From assembly GCA_944380395.1 (NCBI GenBank), contig CALWHM010000002.1:1526-65525 (forward strand): a stretch of 64,000 nucleotides of DNA. Direction: 5' to 3'. Shown here one piece after another: positions 1 to 9,360 of the stretch. A model generated the notes under the pieces. The model was not told the DNA's origin. It worked only from the letters and a program-made list of their open reading frames with translations, and did not search any database. Both the position numbers and the translations under genes were made by a program. Numbering within the stretch: position 1 is the first letter of the stretch; each line of letters opens with the position of its first letter. Source of the DNA: an uncultured Clostridia bacterium. GTDB lineage: Bacteria > Bacillota > Clostridia > Christensenellales > UBA3700.

Positions 1-76
1 GAATCCATTTCGGGAACGGAAGCTTTTGCCCTGCAAACGGTTTCTTCTCTTGCGCTTTGATAACTTCTCAACCCCG

Positions 77-107
77 CCCCGAAGCCGCGGCTTCGGGGCT
101 TTTTTTA
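77..107 (+). terminator. Rho-independent terminator-like hairpin
   Basis: 10-bp GC-rich inverted repeat CCCCGAAGCC (77-86) / GGCTTCGGGG (89-98) followed by a T-run at 100-106. It would terminate a + strand transcript entering from the left edge. Confidence 0.5.
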
Positions 108-353
108 TGCCTTGGCGTACTTTGCGCCGGATATGCCCATATACAGCGGATAGGCACATGCCATCATCGCAAATCCCGCAAGGGCGGCGAAAATCCCGCC
201 TATGCATATCCCCGCCGCTGCCGCGGTTGCGGCAAGAGCAATACCCGTCCCCGCCGTCAAGGCGCCCAGCGCCGTTGCCGCCGCGCAAGTGCCTATTGCG
301 GCGGCTTTTTGTTTGCGTTCCAATTTTTCTTTCGTGCTCAAATTCTTTTTCAT
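105..353 (-). CDS. Small Gly/Ala-rich hydrophobic (membrane) protein, 82 aa
   Basis: ORF track 105..362. The ATG at 353 lies 9 nt downstream of AAGGAGG (complement of 363-369). Basic N-terminus, then about 55 aa of G/A/I/L-rich glycine-zipper-like sequence. No family recognised. Confidence 0.5.
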   Translation of the reverse strand: MKKNLSTKEKLERKQKAAAIGTCAAATALGALTAGTGIALAATAAAAGICIGGIFAALAGFAMMACAYPLYMGISGAKYAKA

Positions 354-487
354 TTTTTTCACCTCCTTTGCTTTACGTCCTTAGTATATCCGTTTATCGT
401 AAAAATACGGTTGCGCCGCGGTAAAACCCGGGTTACATTCGTGTAAAAACAATGTGAAGCGCCGCGCTTTTATTTTTTTGCGCATTA

Positions 488-496
488 TGGTATAAT
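488..496 (+). promoter_or_regulatory. Extended -10 promoter element (TGgTATAAT) directly upstream of the HD-domain gene
   Basis: TG at 488-489 and TATAAT at 491-496. The ATG of the downstream CDS is at 503, only 6 nt after the -10, and no Shine-Dalgarno lies between them. Confidence 0.35.
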
Positions 497-502
497 AGAG
501 AT

Positions 503-1696
503 ATGAACGAAAAACAAAAGCGTGAAATACGCGAAAAGATAATAAAAAGCGCTAAGGAAGCGGAGGACAGGCTCTCTCCTTTCGCCGCACGCGAAAAAGA
601 CTGCCTGCGCCGTTCCGATTACGAATACAACTTTTACCGCCGCGGCTTTGTGCGCGACTGCGAAGCGGTGATAAATTTGGCGCAGTACAACCGCTACGGC
701 GGAAAAACGCAGGTGTTTTCCCTGCACGCCAACAACGATATCTCCACGCGCGCTTCTCACGTGGGGCTTGTATCGCGCATAGCCCGCACTATAGGCAGGG
801 CGCTTCAACTCAACTGCGACCTTATAGAGGCGATAGCGTGCGCGCACGACCTGGGTCACGCGCCGTTCGGACACAAGGGGGAAGTGTGGCTGAACGCCGC
901 GACAAAAAAGCACGGCTACACTTTCGCCCATCACGTGCAGTCCGCGCGCTATCTGGACCACATCACCCGCTCGGATATGTCCCTGCCCGTGATAGACGGC
1001 GTTTTGTGCCACAACGGGGAATGCGTGCTGCGCGAGTATGCGCCCAACGCCTGCGCCACCCGCACGTTTAAGGACTTGGACGAAAAACTGGAACTTGCCT
1101 ACCGCGGAGAGATAACGCAAGAGATGTTAATGCCCGCCACTTTGGAAGGCTGCCTTGTGCGCATATGCGACGTTATAGCCTACCTTGGCAAGGACAGGCA
1201 GGACGCCGACCGGCTGGGCGTGCACGGTTTGAACGACTACACGGACTTCGGCGCGGGGATATTGAACCACAAAATAATACGCGCCGCGGGAGAGGACATC
1301 ATCTTCAACAGTTACGGCAAGGGCGCGATCGTCCTTTCCGATGAGATGCATAAGGCGCTTTTGGGCTGTATGCGCGAAAATTACGCCTATATATACAAGA
1401 CGGAGAACACGGGCATAACGGCGGAAAGCTCCTTTGTTATGGAAAAGGCGGTGGCGGAAGTGTACGAGTTTGCCATAGACGACTTGAAAAATGGCGGCAG
1501 GCTGCTAGGCGAGATATATTTCCCCTACATATACGCCAATCCCAAGTTTGTGGAAGAGTACAAAAAGGCGGACGAGCACGCGCCCGAACGGGTGGCGGCG
1601 GACTTTATAGCCTGTATGTGCGACGACTACTTCCTGTCTTTTTATAACAAGTACATAGGCAGGCTGGACCTTAAAAAGACGGACTATTTCGACTGA
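503..1696 (+). CDS. HD-domain phosphohydrolase, dGTP triphosphohydrolase-like
   Basis: 397-aa ORF. Contains the HD motif AHDLGHAPFGH and the upstream segment GGKTQVFSL typical of dGTPase-like (Dgt family) proteins. Confidence 0.8.
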   Translation: MNEKQKREIREKIIKSAKEAEDRLSPFAAREKDCLRRSDYEYNFYRRGFVRDCEAVINLAQYNRYGGKTQVFSLHANNDISTRASHVGLVSRIARTIGRALQLNCDLIEAIACAHDLGHAPFGHKGEVWLNAATKKHGYTFAHHVQSARYLDHITRSDMSLPVIDGVLCHNGECVLREYAPNACATRTFKDLDEKLELAYRGEITQEMLMPATLEGCLVRICDVIAYLGKDRQDADRLGVHGLNDYTDFGAGILNHKIIRAAGEDIIFNSYGKGAIVLSDEMHKALLGCMRENYAYIYKTENTGITAESSFVMEKAVAEVYEFAIDDLKNGGRLLGEIYFPYIYANPKFVEEYKKADEHAPERVAADFIACMCDDYFLSFYNKYIGRLDLKKTDYFD

Positions 1697-1844
1697 CTTT
1701 TCGTAAATATTACTTCCGTTATACGCGCATGCGCACAAAATGTTGCTTACATCGGTTTACACGGCGGAATATTTATGATAAATTATATATGACACACTAA
1801 TCTGCCGCACCTCCCCGCACAGGCGGGCGGCGCAAGGAGTAACT

Positions 1845-4800
1845 ATGGGCAAAGACAAAAATTTCGTGAACAAGGCTTTGGCAAACGGATCTCACGCCTT
1901 GAATCTGATGTCCCTGAAAGGCAAGATCTACAAAAAGATAGCTTCCCTCAAACCGCAGGGCATACTTTCCGACGAACCCATCAAGTGGGAGGACCTGGAC
2001 ACAAGCAAGTTCAAGAATATGCGCTTTATGCAAAAGTGGGCGGACAAATTCGGCTGCGCCTGGTTCCGCTTTACCGGCGCCGTTCCCGCGGAAGCCAAGG
2101 GCAAAAAGGTGGTCGCGCGCATAAAATTGCAAGGCGAAGGACTTGTTTACGATAAAGACGGCAAGATATTGCAGGGGATCACGCAGGTGCTGAGCAAGGG
2201 CGACTTGTTCCACTCTTCCATAGGCAAGCAAATAGTGGACATCTCCGACTGCGCCGAGGGCGGCGAACAGGTGGAACTTTACGTGGACGCAGGCTTTAAC
2301 GGCAAGCTGCGCTTTGAGAATATGTCCGCGCATCTGCGCAGATACGACATAGCCACTATGGACGACGAAGCCAACGGCTACTATTACGACTATATCCAGG
2401 CATACTTTTTGATGTGCAAACTGCTGGGCGATGCGGAAGACTTAAAGGAGACGGACGCGGAAAAAGCGGAAAAGTACACCTCGCGCGCCGCGGCTTTGGA
2501 CGCGGGTATGAAGTCCGCGTGGGCGGTTTATAAGGAGAAAGGAGCGCAAGCGGCGCGCGAAGAGCTCGCACCCGTGCTGTTCGCGCCCATAGACTACCCC
2601 GCAGTCACTCATTACGCGGTGGGTCATGCGCACATAGACTTGGCGTGGCTTTGGCCCATACGCGAAACGCGCCGCAAGGTGGGCAGGACTTTCGCCAACC
2701 AGCTGCGCAACCTTAAACATTACGACAAGTATGTGTTTGCCGAGTCCCAGCCGCAGATGTTCGTATGGCTGAAAGAAGATTACCCTCAGCTGTTTGAAGA
2801 GGTGAAAAAGCAGGTGGAGGAAGGCAGGATAGAACTGCAAGGCGGAATGTGGGTGGAAAGCGACTGCAATCTGCCCCAGGGCGAAAGCTGGATAAGGCAG
2901 TTTATGTACGGCAAGCGCTACTTCAAAGAAGAGTTCGGCAAGGATATGAAGATGTGCTGGCTGCCCGACTGCTTCGGCTTCCCCGCCACCCTGCCCCAGG
3001 TCATCAAAGGCTGCGGTATGGACTACTTTATGACCATAAAGATAATGTCCAACACGGTGAACGAATTCCCCCACTCCACCTTCAAGTGGAAGGGCTTGGA
3101 CGGCAGCGAAGTGCTCGCGCATATGGAGCCTGCCGGCGACTACAATTCGGGCGCGTCCCCTCTTGCCATATTCAAGTCGAACAAGCGCAATAAGGAGAAA
3201 GAAATTATTCCCCAATGTCTGCTTCTGTTCGGCGACGGCGACGGCGGCGGCGGTCCCGGCGAAGGGCATTTGGAATACGTCACGCGTATGGAAAAGGGCG
3301 TGAACGGACTTGCCCCGGTAAAGTTTTCCTCCGCGGTGGACTTTTTCGAGGACTTGGAACAGTTCAACGACGTTATTCCCGAATACGACGGAGAGCTTTA
3401 TTATGAGCGCCATCAGGGCACTTATACCTCTCAAGCCGCCACAAAGCTGTGGAACAGGCGAATGGAAAATATGCTGCACCTTGTGGAACTTTTGGGCGCG
3501 GAAGGCAAGCTGCGCGGCGTAAGCTACGACCGCGAGCTGGTGGAAAAGATATGGAAGGAAGTGCTCCTTTATCAGTTCCACGACCTGCTGCCCGGCTCCT
3601 GCATAAAGCGCGTGTACGACGAAAGCAGGGAGCGCTATAAGGAGATCTACAAGCAGCTGCAAGCCGTGGCGGCAAAGCTCATTGACGATATGTCCAAGGG
3701 CGAAAGCGAAACGTACGTGGCCATAAATCCCGTGGACTTTGCGCGCAAGGAATATATCCGCGTGGAAGACAAGTGGTATTCGGTTGATCTCGCGCCTATG
3801 AGCACGGGCACTCCCGTACCGGTGGAGAACGCGGACATCTCCTCCCTCACCTTCGGAGAAAACAGCATATCCAACGGGCTTATCACCATAACCTTCGGCA
3901 AGGGCGGAGAGATAACCTCACTTATGGACGTGGCAAACGGCAAAGAGCTTGTGGCGGAAGGTCAATATCTGAACAAGCTGACCATATACGAAGATCCCTT
4001 TATGTACTACAACGCCTGGGACATTCGTATGGACTACGACAAGCTGAAAAAGCACTCCCTCAAATTGGAGGGCACGGACACCTATATAGACGGCGTGCGC
4101 GTGGTAAGGCGCAACCGTTACCGCTATATGGATTCGCAGTTTGAACAGACCGTATCCCTCACGCTGGGCGACACGCTCGTGCAGTTCGATATGGACGCGG
4201 ATTGGCACGAGGAGCTGAAAATGCTGCGCGCGGACTTTATCCCCTCCGTGTTCGCGGACAAGGTCAAGTGCGACATTCAATTCGGTCAGCTGGACCGCTC
4301 CACCAAAAACGACACTTCCATAGAGCAGGCGCAGTTTGAAGTGTGCGCGCATAAGTTCGTCAATCTGGACGGGGACGATTACTCCCTGGCGCTGTTCAAT
4401 CGCTGCAAGTACGGGCACAAGGCAAAGGAGGGAATGCTGTCTTTGGCTCTGCTGCGCGCTCCCCGCTTCCCCGACCCCGAATGCGACCGCGGCTCACACC
4501 ACATAAGTTACGCGCTTTATCCGCACAAGGAAAAATTTGAAGAAAGCGACGTAAAGGCGCGCGCGTATTGCTACAACAACGTGGTAATGCTGCGCAAGTC
4601 GGACTTTGAAATGACCTCTCCCGTGACCTGCGTTGCGGACGGCGTTATAACGGAAACCGTAAAGGTGGCGGAAGACGAAGGCGGCATAGTGGTGCGCCTG
4701 TACGAATACAAGGGCAGAAACACCACTGCAAGCGTAAGCGTAAAGGGCGGCACTCAGGCATACGTATGCGATATGCTGGAAAACAAGGGCGAAAAGACGG

Positions 4801-4859
4801 ACGCGTCCGCCCTCACCTTCAAGCCGTTTGAAATAAAGACGCTGTATTTTGAAATATAA
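1845..4859 (+). CDS. Glycoside hydrolase family 38 alpha-mannosidase
   Basis: 1004-aa ORF preceded by AAGGAG. GH38 N-terminal signature GHAHIDLAWLWP and GGMWVESDCNLPQGES. Size is typical of cytosolic bacterial GH38 enzymes. Confidence 0.9.
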   Translation: MGKDKNFVNKALANGSHALNLMSLKGKIYKKIASLKPQGILSDEPIKWEDLDTSKFKNMRFMQKWADKFGCAWFRFTGAVPAEAKGKKVVARIKLQGEGLVYDKDGKILQGITQVLSKGDLFHSSIGKQIVDISDCAEGGEQVELYVDAGFNGKLRFENMSAHLRRYDIATMDDEANGYYYDYIQAYFLMCKLLGDAEDLKETDAEKAEKYTSRAAALDAGMKSAWAVYKEKGAQAAREELAPVLFAPIDYPAVTHYAVGHAHIDLAWLWPIRETRRKVGRTFANQLRNLKHYDKYVFAESQPQMFVWLKEDYPQLFEEVKKQVEEGRIELQGGMWVESDCNLPQGESWIRQFMYGKRYFKEEFGKDMKMCWLPDCFGFPATLPQVIKGCGMDYFMTIKIMSNTVNEFPHSTFKWKGLDGSEVLAHMEPAGDYNSGASPLAIFKSNKRNKEKEIIPQCLLLFGDGDGGGGPGEGHLEYVTRMEKGVNGLAPVKFSSAVDFFEDLEQFNDVIPEYDGELYYERHQGTYTSQAATKLWNRRMENMLHLVELLGAEGKLRGVSYDRELVEKIWKEVLLYQFHDLLPGSCIKRVYDESRERYKEIYKQLQAVAAKLIDDMSKGESETYVAINPVDFARKEYIRVEDKWYSVDLAPMSTGTPVPVENADISSLTFGENSISNGLITITFGKGGEITSLMDVANGKELVAEGQYLNKLTIYEDPFMYYNAWDIRMDYDKLKKHSLKLEGTDTYIDGVRVVRRNRYRYMDSQFEQTVSLTLGDTLVQFDMDADWHEELKMLRADFIPSVFADKVKCDIQFGQLDRSTKNDTSIEQAQFEVCAHKFVNLDGDDYSLALFNRCKYGHKAKEGMLSLALLRAPRFPDPECDRGSHHISYALYPHKEKFEESDVKARAYCYNNVVMLRKSDFEMTSPVTCVADGVITETVKVAEDEGGIVVRLYEYKGRNTTASVSVKGGTQAYVCDMLENKGEKTDASALTFKPFEIKTLYFEI

Positions 4860-4881
4860 TAAAACGCAATAAAAACAAACC

Positions 4882-4913
4882 GCCGTCCGAAATTGTTTTC
4901 GGACGGCTTTTTT
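4882..4913. terminator. Bidirectional rho-independent terminator between the mannosidase gene and luxS
   Basis: 11-bp stem GCCGTCCGAAA (4882-4892) / TTTCGGACGGC (4897-4907) with a 4-nt loop. T-run at 4908-4913 on the + strand and an A-rich run upstream, which reads as a T-run for the minus-strand luxS transcript. Confidence 0.7.
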
Positions 4914-4942
4914 ATGTCGGAAATGCTCGACGCTTTGCGGCG

Positions 4943-5410
4943 TTATGCTTGGTAAGAAAAGCGCCCGAACGTTCTCAATTCGTTCAGATAGCGCGCCGTA
5001 TAATACTTTGCCATATCCAAATTCTGTTCCAGATAATTGCCGCACTCTTCCGGCCTGGCGCCCGGTATATCCCCCGTATACGCGCAGATAAATTCACACA
5101 TTTCTTCCACCGTTCCGCATATATCCTCAGGCTTTAATTCCCCGAACATAAGCAGATAACACCCCGTGCGGCACCCCATAGGACCGAAATAGACTATCTT
5201 ATCCTTATCCCTGCCGTTGCGCAAAAACGTGGCGCCCAAATGTTCTATCGTGTGGAGCGCGGGCATATCCATAACAGGCTCTTTATTCGGAGCGGTAAAT
5301 CTCATATCGAAAGTGGAAACTTTCACGCCGTTGCACTCGTCCACCCTGGAAAGGTACAGCCCCGGCTTTAACTTCAAATGATTTACGGAAAAACTTGCTA
5401 TTCTGTCCAT
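4943..5410 (-). CDS. luxS: S-ribosylhomocysteine lyase (autoinducer-2 synthase)
   Basis: 155 aa. Metal-binding HTIEHL motif and the GCRTGCY catalytic-Cys region. AGGAGGA Shine-Dalgarno upstream. Confidence 0.95.
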   Translation of the reverse strand: MDRIASFSVNHLKLKPGLYLSRVDECNGVKVSTFDMRFTAPNKEPVMDMPALHTIEHLGATFLRNGRDKDKIVYFGPMGCRTGCYLLMFGELKPEDICGTVEEMCEFICAYTGDIPGARPEECGNYLEQNLDMAKYYTARYLNELRTFGRFSYQA

Positions 5411-5466
5411 AATTCCTCCTATTTCACGGCAAACCGCAAAATTCTGCGGCTATTGTCCGCATTTAG

Positions 5467-5475
5467 ATTATATCA
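5467..5475 (-). promoter_or_regulatory. Putative extended -10 promoter of luxS (TGaTATAAT on the minus strand)
   Basis: Complement of 5467-5475 reads TGATATAAT, about 55 nt upstream of the luxS ATG. The -35 is weak. Confidence 0.4.
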
Positions 5476-5556
5476 CATAATAGTTTTTTTGATATACTTT
5501 TTCGCTTTGCAGTGCAAAACCCTTTAAGAAAAATTCCGCGAAAGCCGCGTTCTGCG

Positions 5557-6513
5557 TTATACGGGAAAGACGAGTTTGCCCATACCTATGCCCTCTCTGC
5601 CGCGCAGGGGGTCGGCTATGTCGCGCGCGTTGAAGTATATGCGCACTTCTTTGCCGCTTTGCGCAAGACAGGAAGCGTATACATAGCTGCCCATCCACCC
5701 GCTCCCGGACGGAGATATAAGCGTCCTTTCAAACTCAAACTTCACGCCGTCGGAAGAAGAGAGCAGCTGAATTGCCGAGTGCGTGGCTCCTCCGCCGAGG
5801 TATATCCCGTTTTGAATGCCCGCGTATCCGTCCTTTAATTTATACACTTTCAGACAGCCCGCGCACATATTGAACAATTCGGAATTTTCATCGGGCGCTA
5901 TCACGGGCGCGGAGCTTTTCACAAAGTCCCTGTCGGGGAACTCGCTCTCCGCGCGGAAGATATAAGTAGGCTCGGAAAATTTGCAGTCGGGCAAATACGT
6001 CAGTCCGCAGGAATAGTACAGATAATACCTGCCGCCGTCCTGCATCAAAAACGGATTGGACAGGGAATATCCCCTGCCGTCCACGGCGCTTTCGTATGCG
6101 TTGTCCGCGCCCAGCACCTTATACGGCGGAGAAAATTCCGCAAGATCGCGGCTGCGCATTACGTATATCTCCGACTTCCACCCTCTGCCGGAAAACGCCG
6201 CTGCGCGCGCAAGCAGCGGCTGAACGCGCTCGAAGAACAGATAATAGTATTCGCCCGCGCGCTTTATGTCGGGGCGCATCGCCCGCGCCGCCAGCCTGCG
6301 CACGCGCCTGAACTCCACGCCGTCGTCGGAGATAAATTCGTACACTCCCTGCAGAGAGTGCGCATACAGCCGCCACTTTCCGTCGGGCGTTAGTTCGGGC
6401 GTGAGTACGGACGGATCCGCCGCCACCGTGGACAGTCCGAAATGCTTTATCACGGGATTGCCCGCATAAAGTTCCACCTTTGCCTTGTTCAATTGACTAA
6501 GCGTTATATCCAT
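5557..6513 (-). CDS. Hypothetical protein, possibly a beta-propeller glycoside-hydrolase-like fold (GH43/GH130-like)
   Basis: 318-aa ORF that abuts the downstream ADH gene. Repeated blade-like segments (YYLFFE, YYLYYS, VRIYFNA) resemble 5-bladed propeller glycosidases. No catalytic motif was confidently identified. Confidence 0.4.
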   Translation of the reverse strand: MDITLSQLNKAKVELYAGNPVIKHFGLSTVAADPSVLTPELTPDGKWRLYAHSLQGVYEFISDDGVEFRRVRRLAARAMRPDIKRAGEYYYLFFERVQPLLARAAAFSGRGWKSEIYVMRSRDLAEFSPPYKVLGADNAYESAVDGRGYSLSNPFLMQDGGRYYLYYSCGLTYLPDCKFSEPTYIFRAESEFPDRDFVKSSAPVIAPDENSELFNMCAGCLKVYKLKDGYAGIQNGIYLGGGATHSAIQLLSSSDGVKFEFERTLISPSGSGWMGSYVYASCLAQSGKEVRIYFNARDIADPLRGREGIGMGKLVFPV

Positions 6514-6516
6514 ATC

Positions 6517-7545
6517 TCAATAAGTTATCGCAACTTTCATCACGCCGTCATTGCGCGAAGCAAACAGCTCATACGCCTTATCCATCTGCGCAAAAGCGAA
6601 AGTGTGCGTTATAAGCGGAGTGGTATCCAGCTTTCCCTGCGCGATAAGTTCCAGCGTCTTATCGCACTTACACCCGTCTACGCCGCCCGTTTTGAAGATG
6701 AGATTTTTGCCGTACATATCGGGAAGGGGCAGCACCTGCGGCTTGTCGTACATAGCCACCACCGTGACTATCGCGTTGGGGCGCGCCAGCTTCCACGCCG
6801 TTTGAAAAGTGTCCTCTCCTCCCGCGGCTTCTATCACCCTGTCAGCTCCGCCGCGCGGAAAAGACAGGCATATGCGCTCCGCTTCTTTCGGAGAAACCGT
6901 TCTGATATAAGGGAAATTTTTACGCAAAAATTCACCCCTGCTCCCGCTTTTTTCGCATAAAATGACGTTCGCGCCCATAATGTCCGCGCACAGCGCGCAG
7001 CACACGCCCGTAGGTCCTCCGCCCAAAACAAGCACGTTGTCCCCTCGCCCTGTTTCGGAGATGTCCGCCGCCCAATATCCCGTGGCGAGAATGTCCCCGA
7101 CAAAAAGCGCCTGTCTGTCCGTCACATTGTCCGGAATTTTGCTAAGTCCCGTATCCGCATACGGCACGCGCACGAAAGGCGCCTGCATTCCGTCTATCCT
7201 GCACCCCAGCGCCCAGCCGCCGTTCTTGTCCGTGCAGTTGTTCACCCAGCCGTGCCTGCAAAAATAACACTCTCCGCAAAACGTCTCCACGTTTACCGCA
7301 ACTCTGTCCCCGGGAGAAAGCGTTTTCACCCCCTTCCCGACCTGTTCCACTACTCCCACCGCTTCGTGTCCCAGCGTGACCCCCGTCACCGCGCGCGGCA
7401 CGCTGCCGTGGATTATATGCAGATCGCTCGTGCATATGCTGGAAAGCGTTACGCGCACTATGGCGTCCTTATCGTCGATCATACGCGGCTTTTCCTTCTC
7501 GCAAAACCCCGCTTTGCCCGCCGCCAAGTAAGAATAAGTAAGCAT
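6517..7545 (-). CDS. Zinc-dependent alcohol dehydrogenase family protein (MDR superfamily)
   Basis: GHEAVGVV catalytic-Zn motif, CGECYFCRHG structural-Zn loop, and GGGPTGVC Rossmann motif. Start trimmed from the track ORF (7632) to the ATG at 7545, which is preceded by GGAGG. Confidence 0.85.
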   Translation of the reverse strand: MLTYSYLAAGKAGFCEKEKPRMIDDKDAIVRVTLSSICTSDLHIIHGSVPRAVTGVTLGHEAVGVVEQVGKGVKTLSPGDRVAVNVETFCGECYFCRHGWVNNCTDKNGGWALGCRIDGMQAPFVRVPYADTGLSKIPDNVTDRQALFVGDILATGYWAADISETGRGDNVLVLGGGPTGVCCALCADIMGANVILCEKSGSRGEFLRKNFPYIRTVSPKEAERICLSFPRGGADRVIEAAGGEDTFQTAWKLARPNAIVTVVAMYDKPQVLPLPDMYGKNLIFKTGGVDGCKCDKTLELIAQGKLDTTPLITHTFAFAQMDKAYELFASRNDGVMKVAITY

Positions 7546-7659
7546 AATTACCTCCGCATACATTATACCACCGCAAGACCGCCTAAGCAATACCCGCCGA
7601 AAAAATGTGTGCGGAAATTTCGCCTGCAGCATAAATTTATAAAAATTTTACTACATATG

Positions 7660-7688
7660 TTGAATTATCCGCAAAGATGTGGTATCAT
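7660..7688 (+). promoter_or_regulatory. Putative sigma-A promoter of the permease gene
   Basis: TTGAAT (7660-7665), 17-nt spacer, TGgTATCAT (-10 at 7683-7688). About 30 nt upstream of the ATG. Confidence 0.5.
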
Positions 7689-7719
7689 TTATGTGAAGTA
7701 CACAAGAAAGGAGGCATAT

Positions 7720-9339
7720 ATGTCGGAAGAAGAAAAAATGCAAAACATTGAAGAACAGGCGCTTATCGCGGAAGAAACACCCGACGCGGAAGTATCCAAG
7801 CAGCTGCCCGCGGACGTGAGCGCGGATACGGACGCGGACGTGAACGCGGACGGCACGGCTGCCGCACCCTCTCCCAAAAAAGGATTTTGGGGCAAAGTGG
7901 ACGATTGGTTCGGCATAACCAAAAGCGGTTCCAACTTCAAAACGGAAACGGTGGCGGGCGTCACCACTTTTATGGCGATGGTCTACATACTGATGGTGAA
8001 CGCGGGTATGTTTGAAGGCGTCATAGGCGGAGCCGATCCTTACGGAGCGGCGTATATCGCAACGTCCGTGGGTGCGATAGTGGGCACTTTCTTAATGGCT
8101 TTTTTGGCAAGAATGCCTCTGGCGCAAGCCTCCGGAATGGGCATTAACGCCTTTATAGTGTTTACCCTGCTCAACAAGACGGGTCTGACTTACGCAAACA
8201 GTATGGTGTTCGTGCTCATAGACGGCGTTATTTTCCTCATACTCACCGTTACGGGACTCAGGCGCAAGATTTTCGAAGCCATTCCCGCGGGCGTCAGACA
8301 CGCGATCCCCGTGGGCATAGGTCTGTTTATAGCGTTTATCGGCTTGCAGCAGGCGGGCGTCATAGTGGACGAATCTTCCACTTTGACCACTTTCGTATCC
8401 TTCAACCTGCTCAACGATCCCTCTTTCGTGACCTATGCAAACGGCACCGTGGGCGGCATTCTCCCCGCGATAGTCGCGCTTATCGGCGTGGTTATAATAG
8501 CGGTGCTGTCCAAAAAGAACGTAAAGGGCGCGATATTGTGGGGCTTGCTCGGGTCTGCAGTCCTTTATTATGTCTTTGCGGGCATAGCGGTGGGCGCAGG
8601 TTCGCAAGGCGCGATAGATATGTTCCACGACATTTCCCTGTCCAACCCCATTGACGCGTTCAAAGCCTGGGGCACGGACTCCGTGGGCGTGGTGTTCTAT
8701 GAAGGATTCAACTTCGATCAATACCTCTCCACCGGCACCAACTCCGGCGGTTCGCTGGCGGTGGTGCTGATAACTTCCGCGCTGTCTTTGTGTATGATAG
8801 ATATGTTCGACACCATAGGCACCCTGTACGGCGCGTGCTCCAAGGGCAACCTGCTGGACAAGGACGGCACCCCTATCCGTATGGAAAAGATGATGCTTGC
8901 GGACGCTATTGCCACCTGCACGGGCGCGATAGCGGGCACTTCCACCGTAACCACCTTTGTGGAATCCTCCTCCGGCGTTGTGGCGGGCGGCAGAACGGGC
9001 TTTACTTCCTTTGTCACGGGTATGTGCTTTGTGCTGGCTATGTTCCTCAGCCCCATCGCCCAGCTCATTCCCAGAAGCGCCACCGCTACCGCCCTTATTT
9101 GGGTGGGCGTGCTTATGATGAGCTCCGTCACCAAGGTGGATTGGTCGGACGCGGCGGAAGCCATTGTCGCATTTATGACCTTTATCACCATGCTGCTGGG
9201 CTACTCCATCTCCAAGGGCATAGGTATGGGCATAATCACGTATATCGTAATTCAGGTGTGCACGGGCAATATAAAGAAGATAACCATTCCCACCTGGGTG
9301 ATAGGCGCCATATTCCTGGCAACCTTCCTTTTGACCTAA
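7720..9339 (+). CDS. NCS2/AzgA-family purine (guanine/hypoxanthine/adenine) permease with an acidic N-terminal extension
   Basis: Start set at ATG 7720 (AAAGGAGG 7 nt upstream), in frame with track ORF 7252..9339. The polytopic membrane core (TTFMAMVYILMVN, QASGMGINAF, ESSSGV) is typical of PbuG/AzgA permeases. Confidence 0.85.
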   Translation: MSEEEKMQNIEEQALIAEETPDAEVSKQLPADVSADTDADVNADGTAAAPSPKKGFWGKVDDWFGITKSGSNFKTETVAGVTTFMAMVYILMVNAGMFEGVIGGADPYGAAYIATSVGAIVGTFLMAFLARMPLAQASGMGINAFIVFTLLNKTGLTYANSMVFVLIDGVIFLILTVTGLRRKIFEAIPAGVRHAIPVGIGLFIAFIGLQQAGVIVDESSTLTTFVSFNLLNDPSFVTYANGTVGGILPAIVALIGVVIIAVLSKKNVKGAILWGLLGSAVLYYVFAGIAVGAGSQGAIDMFHDISLSNPIDAFKAWGTDSVGVVFYEGFNFDQYLSTGTNSGGSLAVVLITSALSLCMIDMFDTIGTLYGACSKGNLLDKDGTPIRMEKMMLADAIATCTGAIAGTSTVTTFVESSSGVVAGGRTGFTSFVTGMCFVLAMFLSPIAQLIPRSATATALIWVGVLMMSSVTKVDWSDAAEAIVAFMTFITMLLGYSISKGIGMGIITYIVIQVCTGNIKKITIPTWVIGAIFLATFLLT

Positions 9340-9360
9340 AAGCACATCAAACGGCAAAAA

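Noticed and set aside
26-446. Plus-strand ORFs 26..424 and 57..446 at the left edge.
   Set aside because: Their translations are Pro/Arg/Ser-rich nonsense overlapping a minus-strand small gene that has a strong ribosome-binding site. A terminator hairpin at 77-107 lies inside them.
503-1696. HD-domain dGTPase-like gene as an anti-phage dNTP-depletion defence gene.
   Set aside because: It is a single gene in a housekeeping context, with host-like composition and no neighbouring defence or mobile genes. dGTPase-like HD proteins are widespread housekeeping enzymes, and nothing in the sequence distinguishes a defence role.
2442-3662. Long antisense ORFs opposite clearly conserved genes. Examples: 2442..3662(-), 8092..9363(-), 12882..13781(+), 26454..28292(+), 31800..33137(+), 33557..35548(+), 37457..38731(+), 53332..55800(+), 59977..61266(+).
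   Set aside because: Each lies entirely within a gene on the other strand whose product has unambiguous family motifs. Their translations are R/H/A/G-rich low-complexity sequence without motifs or Shine-Dalgarno sites. These are typical shadow ORFs of GC-rich coding DNA.
7252-7719. N-terminal extensions suggested by the ORF track: permease from 7252, ADH to 7632, rsmA to 47395, Sel1 protein to 22727, SNF2 from TTG 30985, and the small protein and HExxH paralog 2 from GTG codons.
   Set aside because: The extensions overlap neighbouring genes or promoters and lack Shine-Dalgarno sites. Their translations are unlike the protein families. In each case an internal ATG with a strong AGGAGG-type site matches the expected N-terminus.
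7546-7719. Purine riboswitch upstream of the permease, and a T-box upstream of metG.
   Set aside because: Reading both regions, I found none of the conserved riboswitch core sequences (the purine junction UAUAAU...CCGUAAAU... or the T-box AGGGUGGNACCGCG). Only promoter-like elements are present.
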